DNA of 64,000 nt from the human T2T-CHM13v2.0 reference genome, Homo sapiens (GCF_009914755.1 NC_060929.1), one strand, 5' to 3'. Counted from the stretch's first letter, positions 42,121 to 58,404 are shown. Notes: generated from the letters alone by a model not told the origin. Translations and numbers: made by a program.

Positions 42121-43517
42121 AGACAGGCTTGAGGGAAGGGCAAGGTCTGGTATTTACTGGAATTGTGAAGTCTGCATTTAAGGTTGTCCTTTCAAAGTGG
42201 AGACTTGAGTAGGATTGGTTAAGGATCATGATATAATAGTTTGGGATTGGTAGAAACAGCAAGCATCTTGAGGCAAGGGTTCAAGGAGTCTTGGATATGA
42301 ACTACCTTTTGATGCTTTCTATTGAAAGTTGATGGATCTTTCAGGAAATTCATGTAATAAGCAATCAAGTTATTGACCTGGACAAGAGACTCTTGAAATA
42401 GTAAAGTTATGCTATTGAAAGCAATGAAATAGTAGCATCATGTTAATATAGACAACAAGCTGTGGTGGGGAAAAAAAGAGTTTGGTTCTCACACCACGAG
42501 AGACAGAGATACATTAAAAAGACACATTTTCTGGCAATATTGAGAGCAGAAGTGCTCTTGAACCATTCTAATCATAAAATTCATAAAACAAGTTAAAACA
42601 CTATCTATCCATATGATGCCTTTAAGAATAGTAAGATCCTCTGGGGTCAGCATCGTATTTGTTGGCCCTTTGTATCAGCAGTGTATCGTATTATTTAGCA
42701 CACAGTAGCAGCTTCCTAAAATCTCTGAGAGTAATAATTATATGATACTCTCATAGTGGGTAACTAAGCAATCTAAAAATTCAGACTAAAAATTCCTCTC
42801 AAGATACTGCATATTTTGCCAATAAAAACAAGCATTGCTTTAAATATCTTAAATTAGTTGCTTAATGTCATCTATGCTCATGGGAAGATTTTCTATCATT
42901 TAACAAATAATAATTCTTTGCAATTTGGACATTAACCAGTCTCTAAATGATATCAGAGAAATTGGAATGTCCTTGCAAGGTAAGAGCTGTAAAGACTAAA
43001 ATAAACTTGGCAGCCAGGCTAAGTATCCAATAGCTGATGCTTCCTGATAACACAGAGCATATTTATAATGAGAGTTTCCTGTAATTAAAGAAAAACTAAC
43101 TGTAAAGGAGTAGAAAGAACAAATATCTCATTCCTGCTGCCTTTGGATCGATCAGAAAGAGTATTGCAAAAATAAAGGCTTGTCTATTTATTTTCAAATA
43201 GAAATAATCAAAGCAAACATTGTACTCTGCAAAGGAAAAGATCTCTTGGCTTCATAGAGTGTATAACTCTCAAATCCTTGATACCTTTGTTAAGCTATAA
43301 AGAGTGCATTAGTTTACCAGCTACTAAGTACTGCCAGTGGGGAAAGAAAGTGGATCACCTGTAAGTCACTTGTTTTTGAAAAGCCATTGCATGTTTTGGA
43401 AACAAAATAATTATCCTTGCTAAGAATAATAAATATTACTTCAGAGAATTGTTTTAGTCGATCCTGAAGTATAAGGGTCATTTGCATTTTTGCATTTCAT
43501 AACTTTCCCCTAGAACT

Positions 43518-44295
43518 CTTTTCTTTTAATTGTGGTAAAATGTACATAGCATAAAATTTACCATTTTAACCATTTTTAAAGTGTACAGTTATGTGGCATT
43601 ATGTACATTCACTTTGTTATGCAACCATCAGCACCATCCATCTCCAGAATTTTTCATCTCTCCCAACTGAAACTCTGTTCCCAGTAGGCAGACACTTCTT
43701 AGTTCCCCCTCCACCCAGCTCTAGCAACCGCCATTTTACTTTCTAAGTATCACTGTATGATTCCGCTTTCTGTCTACCCTAAGTATTACTCTATGATTCA
43801 TTATATAAGTGAGAGGAATCATATAGTGTATTTTTTGTCACTGGTTTGTTTCACTTAGCATCAGGTCTTCAAGGTTTATTCATATATGAGCTTGTGTCAG
43901 CATTTTCTTCCTTTTTTATGGCTTAATAATGTTTCATTGTATGTATGTATCACATTTTGTTCATCCATTCTTCTGCCAATGAACTCTTGGGTTGCCTCCA
44001 CCTTTCAGCTATTGTGAATAATGCCCCTATGATCATGGGTGTATAAATATTTCTTTAAGTTCCTGATTTCATCTCTTTTTGGTATACACCCAGAAGTGAA
44101 ATTGCTACATCATCAGGTAATTCTATGTTTAATTATTTGAAGAATCGCCATACAGTTTTCTGCAGTGGCTGCACCATTTTAGATTCCCACCAACAGTGCA
44201 AAAAGATTTCAATTTCTCCACAACCTTGCCAGTACTTGTTTTGTTTTGTTTTGCTTTTTAGTAATAGCCATTATCAAGAGTGGGTGTAAAGTGGT
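43518..44295 (-). mobile_element. L1MB (L1MB3-like) 3' fragment
   Basis: taattgtggtaaaatgtacatagcataaaatttacc...ttcccaccaacagtg...atttctccacaaccttgcca. Confidence 0.88.
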
Positions 44296-44694
44296 CTTTG
44301 GTCTTCTTGACACTCTTTTCCCCATTTCTTTGGCTTGCATTAGTTAAATAAGGAAATAAGCTTTTAAATACAATGGATACATTTTGTTTTACGAGGGGAA
44401 AAAAATAGACAGCACTTAATGAGACTCTCAGCCTGTGCTAAGGGGAATAAGAATGACCAACATTGACTGTTCAGAATAATACTTGGAGGAATCGTTTTAA
44501 GTTTCATCTTGATCTTTCTGGGCAAGGTTTAGTTTGTGTCTCCTTAAGAAGAGAAAGCAAAAAGAATATTCCAGTCTTCAGCAGGGTTCATAGAATGTTT
44601 TAAGGAAGCCAGTACAATGCCCTATTTCTCGTTTGCCCTGATTTTGATGTTATAGACAGAATGATCAGGGAACATCACCATTTTACCAGGAGTC

Positions 44695-44840
44695 TCATCA
44701 CTAGGGTTCCATCCTGGTTTATCACACAGTTTCTCAGTGGTCTTGGGCAAGTCATTTAACACTCAAAACTTCAATTTCTGGATTTGTAAAATAAGGATGT
44801 TAGAGTTATTATCTCCAAGGACCCTTCCAGTTCTGGGATC
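44695..44840 (+). mobile_element. MIR3/MIRc fragment
   Basis: cttgggcaagtcatttaac...tgtaaaataaggat...ccttccagttct. Confidence 0.6.
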
Positions 44841-47360
44841 CCCTTTAATATGCAATAATCTTCAAGAGTTACCTAGAAAGACAACACTTTAGAAGTGAAG
44901 AATTAGGTAACAATCTTGTAAGTAAAAGCAGTGTAGAAAAATGGATGAGTTCACTCAAAAAAAAATTCCATTTCATGTAGTGTTCTGTGGATTGACAGAT
45001 CACATAAAATGCACACATCAGAACGTAGCCTATGACTTGCTGTCATATGAAACCACATAACAATTTTGTGACAATATTGACAGACATAGAAAAATCTGAA
45101 TTTTGTCGTCTCTAATCTAGCTCTCTGTCATCCGAAACCTTATTTGTCAGCAGATGTTGTGGGATTTGAGTGGTTGCTGGGTAATCTGGAATTCTTGATT
45201 AATATATCAGTTACCCTGGATAATTCTAGGAAAGTTATGAGAACTTAAAAGTTTATTTAATTTCTCAAGTTTCTAGGCACTGATTCTTCTTTAAACATGA
45301 GACTGCTATCAGTTAAATAGAGCCTCCTTAGACAAGAACTATTATCCTCTGATATGATTAAAATCTAAGGTTGAAACAGTTCAGAAATATCTAAGCCATC
45401 AAATAATAAGATTTTTCACTAATTTTCATCTCAATTCACTAGCTTATAAAATCTAAAGTCCTTTTGTTTGCTTTATTTTCATGATGGACTAAAACATATT
45501 GTTTTCTAACTAGGATTTTAGAGTAAATTGGATTATCCCAACTCTACTTCCTACTTGTGCCTTTGGGAGAGCCATTTAGCCATTCTAAGCTTGTTCCCTT
45601 TTGGTTTATAATTCCATAGAGACAAGGATTTAGTAAAATATCTGGACCATAATAGATACTCAACAAATATTTATGGAGCGAATGGATGTTTTGTTTCTCC
45701 TAGACACTATATTCTCCTTATAGTCACCAATAATAAATGATTCTGGGCAGTATTTGGTCTCCACTGGGTTATTTTTGCTCTGCAGGGTGTCACTTGCACA
45801 AATGTTACACAGCTTTTTTCTAAGCTTCTTGGTTTTCCATTCAGGAGACCCTTGTAAATAGTAAATACCGTGAGGGTAGGAAATTTTTGCTTACCGGCTT
45901 ACTACTAAATATACTCACTATTTTAGGTTGCAGACTTATTTTGTAAAGTACTCAACCAGCTTTTGACTGGAGCTTTTACAGTTAAATAAAAGAGAAGCTC
46001 CTACCAAACCCCATGTTAATCAAGGATTCATTTCCCGTGGTCATGCCCACTAAAAACATATGTGAGTTCTTGTGTGGTCCTATTTGTTCAATGTAAATCC
46101 TTCCATTGATATTACAAACTCGGGACATTTTCTAGGATATGGGGAAATACTTTTTCTAAAGTCTAGGAAAGTCAATAAAGGGAAATGGTATATTACATAC
46201 TCATATTTAAGGGTAGTGTTATACTCTGGTATCTTGAATAGAAGAAAAATTAAGTGGTTTTCCTTGACTGTCTTTTTCTCTTGGAATAAAAATCTCTGTA
46301 ATCCATCAGCCAGAAAACTACTTAAATAGCATCACCAATCGTCTGTTGGCCAGGAAAGGAAACCACATTGTCTTTTCTGTTTTCTTGTACTTTTCAAGAG
46401 CGAATCTGAGTATTTCACGTTGATTGCTTGATTGGCTGCAGAGGGACTCTTTAAAAATACTAAAAAAAATCAGGAATCCAGTACAAATCAAACATAAGCT
46501 GCCATCAATCACATGCTTAGGGCATTATGTGAGGTTTTTACTCAGAAAGATGTCATTAAAAGTTGCAGAAATTAATTGGTGCCATTGAATGTAATGGTCT
46601 TTCCTGCCATAGTTTCTCAAATGTAAAGAAAAATTATGGATAACATAAATTCCTCGTGGGATTCTTATAGATGTCTGCTTTGTTCTGTTATTGTTTATTG
46701 CAAATGTTATTACTGTGATCTATGGCCCTATCATGCTTTGTCTATACTGCACTGCCATTCTGCAGCCCACAACAACGGAGGACTTTACTCACAAGCAAAG
46801 ACCATGTTTATTTGGAAATTCTTTGCTTTATATATTCCAAAAGTGTCTCAAGGTGTTCATTTCGTGTGTTTAAATTTTTATACAAAAACAGATTCGTTCT
46901 GATTGATTAAATATTGACTTATTCCATTTTTAGAATAACTCTGAATCTTATTTAAGTTCAGGGCTTGTGTTCTGCTTTCCCAGAAGGTTTGAGTTCAGTG
47001 TAATAATGGCTATTACTTTGTGTGAATCAATGCATCGGGATTTGCAATCTTTCTCAATAACAACATTGGTTTAATTAGTAGTGGTTTAAAAATTTGACTC
47101 TTAATTAGGGAGCAATTTTAAATCTCTGAAAAAAGTATGAGAAAAATAAATATCTGTTTTGCATATTAAATGCTGTCCTATTAAAGACATATCAAATACT
47201 GTGTAACCTATAACTCCATATCTAAATTATAGTACATTGTAATCTGATATCACTAAAGATTAACCTTTTGTTTAGGGATATTTATTTTAAAAGGCATGCT
47301 TTTAAAATAAGTGATCAGTTTTCACAGTGGTCCACAGTAGTCTTATAGAATATTCTTTTG

Positions 47361-47670
<310 letters not shown>

Positions 47671-49184
47671 TTAGACGTGGCCCTCACGACAGATACCATG
47701 TGGTATCCTCAGCCCTAAGAGCAGAGGACTAATGAATATAAAATAATGCCATAATTCCTGCCATAAAAATAAGCTTTCGGAACACACTTCTGGTTAAAAG
47801 TAAGGCAAAGGGATTAAAAGTTGGGTCACTGTGAAACAGCCCCTTCTGTAAGCAGGGACTTTCTATAAGAACCCAGTGCAAACCCCCCATGACCCCTTGG
47901 GGCTCTCTTCCACCATTGCCCATTAGCTACTGGGCTTGGGAGAGTAAGTGTCTCCTGGGTGTGGCTGAGTAAGGTTCGAAGTATCTGGGTCTCCAGACTT
48001 GGTATGTGTCACCAGGCAAGCTAGAAACTTGACTGTCATGTTTGGTAGAGATGCCTCTACTGCCAAAATGAGCATCCGACGCCTTCCTACTCACCAGGTC
48101 ACCAGCCTTCTGTCTGTCTGCCACTGTTCTGACAGTTCATGCCCCACTCTTGCCATCTCAGGGAAGGAACAGACCTTCAACTTGGGCTCCATATAGTGTC
48201 ATTTCCCATACAGTAAAATTTCCTTTCTAAAAATACCAGCTATTCTCTAGGTTTAGTAACATCACAGGTTCTATCTGTCCATGTAGACAATATGGATCAA
48301 GTTCACATCCCTCCAAACACCTGAAGGAATGCTCTCCTTGGGTGCCTTCCTAGTAGCATTCTATGTTATGTGGATAATACGACCAACTCCATCTTCAAAG
48401 AACAGTGAGTTTCTAACTGCCTACATATTCTTACATAATATTATTTAAGTTAAAATAATTTTAGAGTTTCATAAACCTTAAGTTTTAGAAGACTTTTAAA
48501 AGCATTTAATCCAGGTCATTTCAAACAAAGATTTATGGCTCAGTCATGCATTAAATAGATAAAGATCCATACATCTTGTAGAACTTTTTCTGGATATTCT
48601 GAACATAAGAGACATTTTTGTGTAAAAAAATCAGATCTCTAGATTCTCTAGATCCCCTAGAAGATCTGGAAATGCTGAATATGTATTCCATTGTGGTAAA
48701 TGTCAGCTGAACCTGAGTGATAGCGGCTCCCTGCAAGGTGCTCCACTGTTCCTCAGAGTCTCCCCCAAAGAGAAGATGAGTGTTGATTTGTACTTTATCA
48801 TGTTATGAATTGACCTGTTCACTCACTTCTGTAATCTGCCTTGCCCCTATAGGCATTTGAGTTTGCAACCTTTGGCTGCAATCTATTGCATATCCAGATG
48901 GGACCAAACCTCATAAGGTCAGTTCAGGAAAGGGGTTGCTTTCCTGGCTTTGTCTACACACAGAATAGAACTGTTGGTGCCCATCACAAGGTATCATCTG
49001 CTTAATTTCATATATCAACATGGCAAAACATAGAAGAATCTTTGAATTCAAGACTTTATGAAAATTCAGATGATAAAATATGTGCTGAGATTGACTTATT
49101 GAGTTGACTAACCCGTTCTGCATAAGAGCAATGTACTTAGCTATACGTGCATAAGTATTATGCATGTATTGACTATTGCAATAG

Positions 49185-49345
49185 TCAGTCTTCTTTTGGG
49201 GTTCTGGACACATTTGAGCATCCTTTCCCTATAAAAAATGTACATTTACACAATAACATCAAGAAATTTTAAAACAGTTTCAAAAGATTCCTGGTCCTCC
49301 TGAGGTCATCCAAGAAACCCCAGGGTTCACAAGTCTCAAGGGTGG
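49185..49345 (+). mobile_element. MER117-like hAT-Charlie MITE
   Basis: ttttggggttctggacacatttgag...aaaaatgtacat...cctgaggtcatcca...ccccagggtt. Confidence 0.55.
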
Positions 49346-51319
49346 ACCCCATGCTCTAAAAAAAAACACAGAAGTGCTGCTGTCAGATTCCTTTCTCTCC
49401 CCACTAATGAACCTGCAGATTAACTTTTACCTAATGTGATGAAATTGATAGTTCTGGGTTAGTCTGGTTCATCTTGTATCTCTCCTATATGTCCTCCAAA
49501 GTTTGTTCTCCCTATTTTCTGTTTCTTACTCGTCATCTTGCTGTGTACTTAGTCAAAACATCATCTCAGCTCCTCCACAGAAGGCTAGGATTCCTTCCAA
49601 CATGCACTGCCAATGTGGCTGAGTTGTGCTGCCACCGATCTCCAGCCTTCCCATCTGCAAGACTGTGCCCACCACCTCTCACTGTAGCATAACATTTCCT
49701 CCACAGGCCAGGGTGAAGAGAGATTTAATAACTCTGCTGAGGGGGACAAACTCTGCTTGAAGCAGATGCTAGGGATAGACACCACTGTGACACCACTGCA
49801 CTTCCTGCATAATGCTGCAAAACATTGTCTTGGTAGCAAGAGCTCAAATGTGGCTGCTGAATTACTCTCTACTCAATGTTCATCTGGGTTGTACACAGAT
49901 AACTTTCTGTAAGTCCTTGCTGTAATAATAGCTGAGAATAACAGCGAATAACCTATTGGCTTTGTGAGATGCAGTGACACTGGGTTGGTTTGAGGCTTTG
50001 AAATACTATGATGGGTCCAGTCATGCTGTATTGAATCCTATGTCCACACCTTTCCTGCTAACCAATTCCCCAGCGCCTTCTCATTCTAGTATTTTTGAAG
50101 TTTAGCAGTGTAGCTAGGCAGATAGGCTATGAGATCTCAGATAATATAACACAAATAAATAATCCTTTAAATTTTCAGCAACATACTTTTCCCTTAAGCT
50201 TTTTCTCCTTCACAAAACTGCTGCCAAACAATTCTGTATAAAATGGGTTGCAGACAACAACAATGAAAAGAGCCCAGTAAAAACAAATGAAATGTACTCT
50301 CTTTTTTTAATGTGGACCCTATTTCCCCTGTAACATTAAGTCTGCAGTCTTTGGCATTATAACCTCTTGTCACGTGAGACAGTTGAGTTGACATAGCTTC
50401 AGTTGATGAAGATGCATTTTGAAGGGTCATGCCAATTCATGTTTCTTTAAGGGCTCAAGATTGCTTGTGCTTTTTGATGTTTTACTTCACACAGGTCTGA
50501 TAAGCAGATAGATTCCCATGATAAATGAATATAGTGGGAAAGTGATAAGAACTCAGGAGTTTGGCATGAGTTATGTCCTCACTCATACAGAAGTAAAGAG
50601 TCTCTTATCTTTACTCTTTAATTTCTTAATTACAAAAAAAAATATCCTGTCTATATTGAGGGAGTTCACAAAACATTTTGTGACTATTGCCTGAGACCAA
50701 AATATCTTGCCCTAAGACCTTTTTCTTGTTCATGATTTTTTTGTTACTTTGTTCACTTTGTTTCTGTTGATAGCATTTTTAATAAAAGATAACATTCCTT
50801 ATTAAATATTGAAGTTGTTTTCCTTTAATAGAAACACTTTGTTACTGAAATAGCAAATAAGCAAAAATTGTCATTTAACTTGAGCATCAGTAATCTACGT
50901 TGCATATGTAGAGATTCCAGACTTCCCCCTTCCCCCTCCCTGCAACTCAGCCCTGTCACATAAGATGATCATTGCCTCTTGCCTCACTGCCAAAGTCCTC
51001 AGCTTGCACGCAAATGTGGATTCTAACTCAAACCTACCCCTCAGACTCCTGGCCTCCTGCTCCAGCTTTTGCAGAAGGAAAGGGTTCAAATCCACCTTCA
51101 CTCACCATTATTCACAGCAAATGCTTCTCTGGCACAGGAGCCTTGACAAAGGATAATGAGAAATAGGAGTGTGGTGCCTCTGAGTGCTACGTCATTCCCT
51201 CCTTCCTTCCTTCTTCCGCCTGCTGACTTATGCTTTCCTCTCTTTTGTGAAAGGTTGTCCCTTCTTTTTGGTTGAAACTAATCATTTCCTTCTCTGTTCT
51301 CTGCAGCATCGTGCTTTAG

Positions 51320-52120
51320 CAGTTGGATGATATTAGAGCATGGATACTGGGGTCTTCAGATCCAGTTAAAATTCTGGCTGTGCCACTTATTAGCTATATG
51401 ATCTTCAGCATATTACTTAACCTCTCTAAAGTCCTATTCTCTCATCTGTAAAATAGGGATAGAAACAATTCTTTATAGGACCACCACGCTGGTTGCATCA
51501 GATAAAACACATCAAAGTTTCAGAAGTGTGTGAACCAGAGCAACTCCATCTTGAATAGGAGCTGGGTAAAATGAGGCTGAGACCTACTGGGCTGCATTCC
51601 CAGATGGTTAAGGCATTCTAAGTCACAGAATGAGATAGGAGGTCAGCACAAGATACAGGTCATAAAGACCTTGCTGTTAAAACAGTTTGCAGTAAAGAAG
51701 CTGGCCAAGACCCATCAAAACCAAGATGGCGTTGAGAGTGTCCTCTGGTCTTCCTCACTGCTACACTCACACAAGCACCATGACAATTTACAAATGCCAT
51801 GGCAACTTCAGAAAGTTACCCTATATGATCTGAAAAGGGGATGCATGAATAATCCATCCCTTGTTTAGCATATCATCAAAAAAAACCATAAAAATGGGCA
51901 ACCAGAAGCTCTCAGGGCTGCTCTGTCTATGGAGTAGCTACTCTTTATTCCTTTACTTTCCTAATAAACTTATTTCCACTTTACTCTATGGACTTGCCCT
52001 GAATTCTTTCTTGTTCAAGATCCAAGAACCCCCTCTGGGGGTCTGGATCAGGACCGCTTTCCTATAACAAAAATATCCATGACAATGCTTGGCACATAAG
52101 TAGTATTTGATCAATGTTAG
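51320..52120 (+). mobile_element. MIR split by MER41A
   Basis: ctgtgccacttattagct...ctcatctgtaaaataggg before the LTR; cttggcacataagtag after it. Confidence 0.75.
51518..52069 (+). mobile_element. MER41A solo LTR (ERV1), complete ~552 bp
   Basis: tgaaccagagcaactccatcttgaataggagctgggtaaaatgaggctgagacc...ggggtctggatcaggaccgctttcctataaca. Confidence 0.92.
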
Positions 52121-52479
52121 ATTCCCCTTCTCCCTGCACAAACATTGTATTGGCAGATATATCTTCCTGCAACAAATTCCCACAAGGAGAAATATCAAGG
52201 GTATGATGTGTATATTAAGTTGACCACTTATGTTGTAAAATATAAGAAAACAATGGGTCTGTTTGTTACTTGTCTGTATAAATTACACACTTTTTCCTTT
52301 TGAGATAGAAAAATAAAGGCAAGCACTTTTATAACTCAACTAACTGTGTCATTTGAATTGCATCACCTCAGCCTAGATGTGTTACTCCCCAATATTTATA
52401 TGTTAATTTTTTGGCCTTCACAGTTAAGATGCACTAATGAAGATAAATTTTATGTCCAAATAATCTATCTCACAGATAT

Positions 52480-52665
52480 TTATTTAACTATACATAGGCC
52501 CCATGTGGTTATTCCCTGTTTTGTTTGACTTGACACTGTGGCTGGTCATTCACACATCCATCTCAGTCACTAGACTGTAAGCTCCTAGAGGTCATGCCAT
52601 GATCTCTCTTTTCCCCCAAAGCTCCTAGCACAGTGATTTGTATACAGTGATTAATTGCTTGATTA
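52480..52665 (+). mobile_element. L2 3' end fragment
   Basis: cactagactgtaagctcctagagg...cctagcacagtg. Confidence 0.6.
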
Positions 52666-53371
52666 CTCCTCTAAAAGAGAAGACTCAAAGCAAGTGTGTT
52701 ACTTGCCCAAGTCCAAGAAAGGAAGCGACTTTTATAACCATAAATTTTGCTACAACATTTCAAGTTTTCTCTTTATTTGAATGCGCTTCTCTCGTTTGTG
52801 TCATTTTTATTCCCTCCTATAAGTAGGTCTAGAGTCTAGAGTCAGTCCATCTGGTTTTGTAGAACCCAAGTCTTCATCCCAGCTCTCTTTTCTCATATGA
52901 CCTTAAGAAAGTCCCTTATGCTGTCTAAGCACAGTGTCTCTGTTATACCCCAGTCTCATATTTTAGAGATGGTTTCTAAGACCCCTTCATTTCAACACTT
53001 TTTGACAAGCATGAAAATCTACCTTATGCATTTGAGCGATGCCGCTAAGCTTGGCTTGACAAGGCACCCTTACCTGAAACTCCTAGAATATTACATCAGA
53101 CACTTCTGTGGTGGGCAGCCAGTGAAGGCTGTGATTTCCACAGACCACCAAGGGCCTTAGAGACTTTCTCCTTCTTAAGCAAGCAAGAGTAAGAAAAGCT
53201 GTGCATCTACTAATTTTCACCCCACTATTGTTGACAAGGCCACCGAGTTTGTCTCTGGCATCACATAATAGCTCAGATTCAGAATCTTCTCTCTGTAGCC
53301 ACAGAGAGAAATCATAGAGAAAGCAAACTTGCTCTGAGTTTGGAGAAAGAAAACAATTAAAAGACTTTGCT

Positions 53372-53728
<357 letters not shown>

Positions 53729-55194
53729 TTAATTATAATCACCCTGGTTTAATATGTTTTCTAACATGAAAATGATATTCTGTGATTTTTCAATAAAAAC
53801 ACAAAGAAATTTAATGAAACCAATTTCCCTGGATTCCCTGCTCCCTCCTAAATGAGAAGTAACATACTCAGAACTCAGCACAATTTTTGGCACAAAGAAG
53901 TCCCATTAAAAAGTTCTGATGTTGAGACAAAAATACATTCTTAACATTGTTCTCATCACCTAAAAGCTTATGTGCTTCAAAGTCTATGTGCTTCAAAGTA
54001 TGTGGCTAGAGGTTTTCTTTCCATTTTAAAATACTATCTCTTATTATCCTTATAAAAGCTATTTATCAACATACTCTTTTTCAGTATACAATGCTGCTGG
54101 GTTTTTTCCTTTAAAAAGTCTTTATCTTTCACTTGTATATTGAACAGGTCCTGAACTGTGTGAATAAAAATATTGCATGCAATTCTGAACCCTGACTTGA
54201 AAATAGGACACATCTTCAAAGACAGTAAGGAAAAGAAATATAGAGGTAAGAGTGGAGAAGAAGAAACCTGAATATAAATGGTATCTTTAGAAATGCAAAA
54301 AGAGCATTTTATACAAATAATTATTCGAATTTCTTTAGTCTCCTTTCAAACCAAGATTTGTTTACCAGAGGCATTACAATTTAGTGAGACAAATTAGACT
54401 AAACTTTTTTATCTCGGGTGGTTTGCACATGCACTGATTGAACTAGTATTTCTTCCAAAGATTGCCTGGGAAGATAAATGAACAGGAGGAGCAATTAGGG
54501 TAAGGAAAAACTAAAGATTGGCTGACATGATTTAAGTTTACCACTAAGGCAGTTTGTCATTTTGTCTCTATAATCTCCATCAGAATTGACTAAAAGAGTA
54601 AACATAAATCATTATACTAATTTATTTCACTACACTGTGGTCTGGGAAAAGAAAATTTCATTTTTTTCTGAGAGACTTTGGGGATTTAGGCAGCTGCTTT
54701 GAACTTATTTTCATTTATATACTGGGAGGAAAAGAAACAAGAGAAAGATGAGTACCTCGGGTTCTTCAAAAACAATATTTTTGGTGGCAAGCCAACTAAT
54801 TTTTATCACACTATGCTAAAATAACTATGGGTTGTGCATTAAAAGCAACTCAACATCGATTATATATTTTTTTAAAAAGCAAAACTTAATTCCTAAGATA
54901 GAGATGTAATCAAATCTACTGCTGAAAGTGATTTTTCACATAGTAGTTAGTAAGCTTTAAGTTTCTTCTCTGAAGAAACCTCAGTGACCACAGAGAGTCA
55001 GAATGCCATAAATTGTCCGGGAGTTCTTTATGGACTATCAACACCCTTGAAAATTAGGACTGCAACTATGCCCTCAGAATATAGAATGCGGCATTGCTGA
55101 CTCACCAAAACAGCAGGACCATCAACATGCCCTTGGATATATGGCCCAACTGGCTACTTGAACAAAAAGGAGCCACTTATTAACCTGTGGAGGT

Positions 55195-55234
55195 CACACA
55201 CACTCACAGACACACACACACACACACACACACA
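55195..55234. repeat. (CA)n microsatellite
   Basis: Direct reading. Confidence 0.9.
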
Positions 55235-55911
55235 CCTATATTTCCAGCCATAATAAATATGAAATTAAATAATTATTAGAAGTATGATATCACAATTTTC
55301 TTTAGTCTTTCAAGGGATCTCAAAGCTATAAGTGATATACACAAATTTATCATGCAAAATGTTTTATTGATCATCCTCTCCTTGAAGCCTTTTGTATAAA
55401 CAGCCAAGTGAGGTTTAAAATTTAAAACTTCTTGTACTAAGGTAAATTACAACATAGGATTGAAAGAGGTAAAAATGGATGACTATATATATGGCAGACT
55501 GTGTATGAGGCGCAATCTAAAGTGTCTTTGGGCTAGTTATTAACAGGCAACTGGAGGCAGGGTGCTACCAATAAGGTAGCAGCCAAGGTGGGTCTCAAAG
55601 AATGGGTATGGTTTCAACAGGTGCCAATAGCTCTTTCAAGGCAAAGGCAACAGTAAAAGTAAAGGCACAGAGAGTGAGAAGTTTGAGACACTTCCAGGAA
55701 GTGAAGGGGGCATTGACTATGCCAAGGCTCAAAGGATCTGTCACTCTTGGGAGTTACCAAGAGCATGAGGGTAAGATTGGTCGTGATTAGACAAGGATTC
55801 CTACCCTAGTTTAGCCAGTTAAAATTTACTTCTTATTCTTTTATATATTGGGGGAGGAGTTGTTCCCTTAATATTTAGCTTGGAAAAAGTAGGACCACTG
55901 CTTAAAAACAA

Positions 55912-55959
55912 AACACAGACACACACACACACACACGCACACACACGTACAAACACACA
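55912..55959. repeat. Imperfect (CA)n microsatellite
   Basis: Direct reading. Confidence 0.85.
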
Positions 55960-56059
55960 TTTGCTAACCACTGAGTGAGATATTACAGAATATTAACTCT
56001 GAAAACTCTGCTGAACTTCACCTGTCAAAAGTCTTGAATATCAATCTAAAAAGCAGTTC

Positions 56060-57480
<1,421 letters not shown>

Positions 57481-58404
57481 GAAATAAGGACCCATTATCA
57501 TTTAAGAGAGTCGCAGTGTTAAGGAAAGGACTTTCTGTTTGTTTTCTCTTATCAAATGGAGGCCTTAGCATGTCTTCATTCAGAATAGAAAGCAGCAGAA
57601 AAGGAAAACTCAAAGATGGGGTGGGAGGAGTAATTGATAGAGCAAAATCCCAGAACAACAGGAAGAATTAGATTTAGAAGTAACTGAAGAGGGTCACCCT
57701 TACAAAGTAAAAGCTCTTCTTCCTCTGAAAATAAAAAATAATAATTTTTTTTAAAAAAGCAAGGACCTCTGAAGGTAGAGAATAATGATGACATAAAGAG
57801 CAGGAAAGCCATCAGGGCATTCAGAAGGAGCACTCTCTGACCTAGAAAAGCAGAGGGGAAGGTTTTACCTTAATGTAACCTCTCTGTTCCAAAGACGGGT
57901 AAACAAAGAGAAAAAAATAAGCAAAACCGCTAGATTCAAAAACAATATTAATAACTCCATGGATCAGAAACACAGCATTTAGCAGGACTGACATTGCAGG
58001 TCTGCTGATGGCCAAATTTAAAATCAAACAGAGATGGCTAAGAGTACAGCTTCTATGAGGTACCAGGAACTAAAAGTTTTCAATGTGATTAACACTTGGT
58101 TTACCCCCCTTGAAATCAGGGGTTATGATGGGGATCCCCTGAAGAGCCAAAGCGACTGAAATGTCCCTTTGGAGCTGCAATTATCAAGGTAGGATGACAA
58201 AGACCAAGTCCAAGAAACAGGAATTGCTGGATGAGTGGCAACATCTTTGATACTTTCAATGTTACCACAGAAAAGAAATCCTGAAATACTATGTATTTCT
58301 AAACTCCAAAGAGCCAGGAATAAGCAAACATAAATCTAATGAGTTTAGGAAGGAATATTTAACAGGGAAAGACAGAGAGAGAGACCCCATTCAAAAGTAG
58401 ACTG

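Larger units (their letters stand above)
41258..42492 (-). mobile_element. Probable old solo LTR (family unassigned) interrupted by AluJ and L1MB
   Basis: TG...CA-like ends; minus-strand AATAAA (gtttattgc) near 41317; sequence resumes after 42120. Confidence 0.4.
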
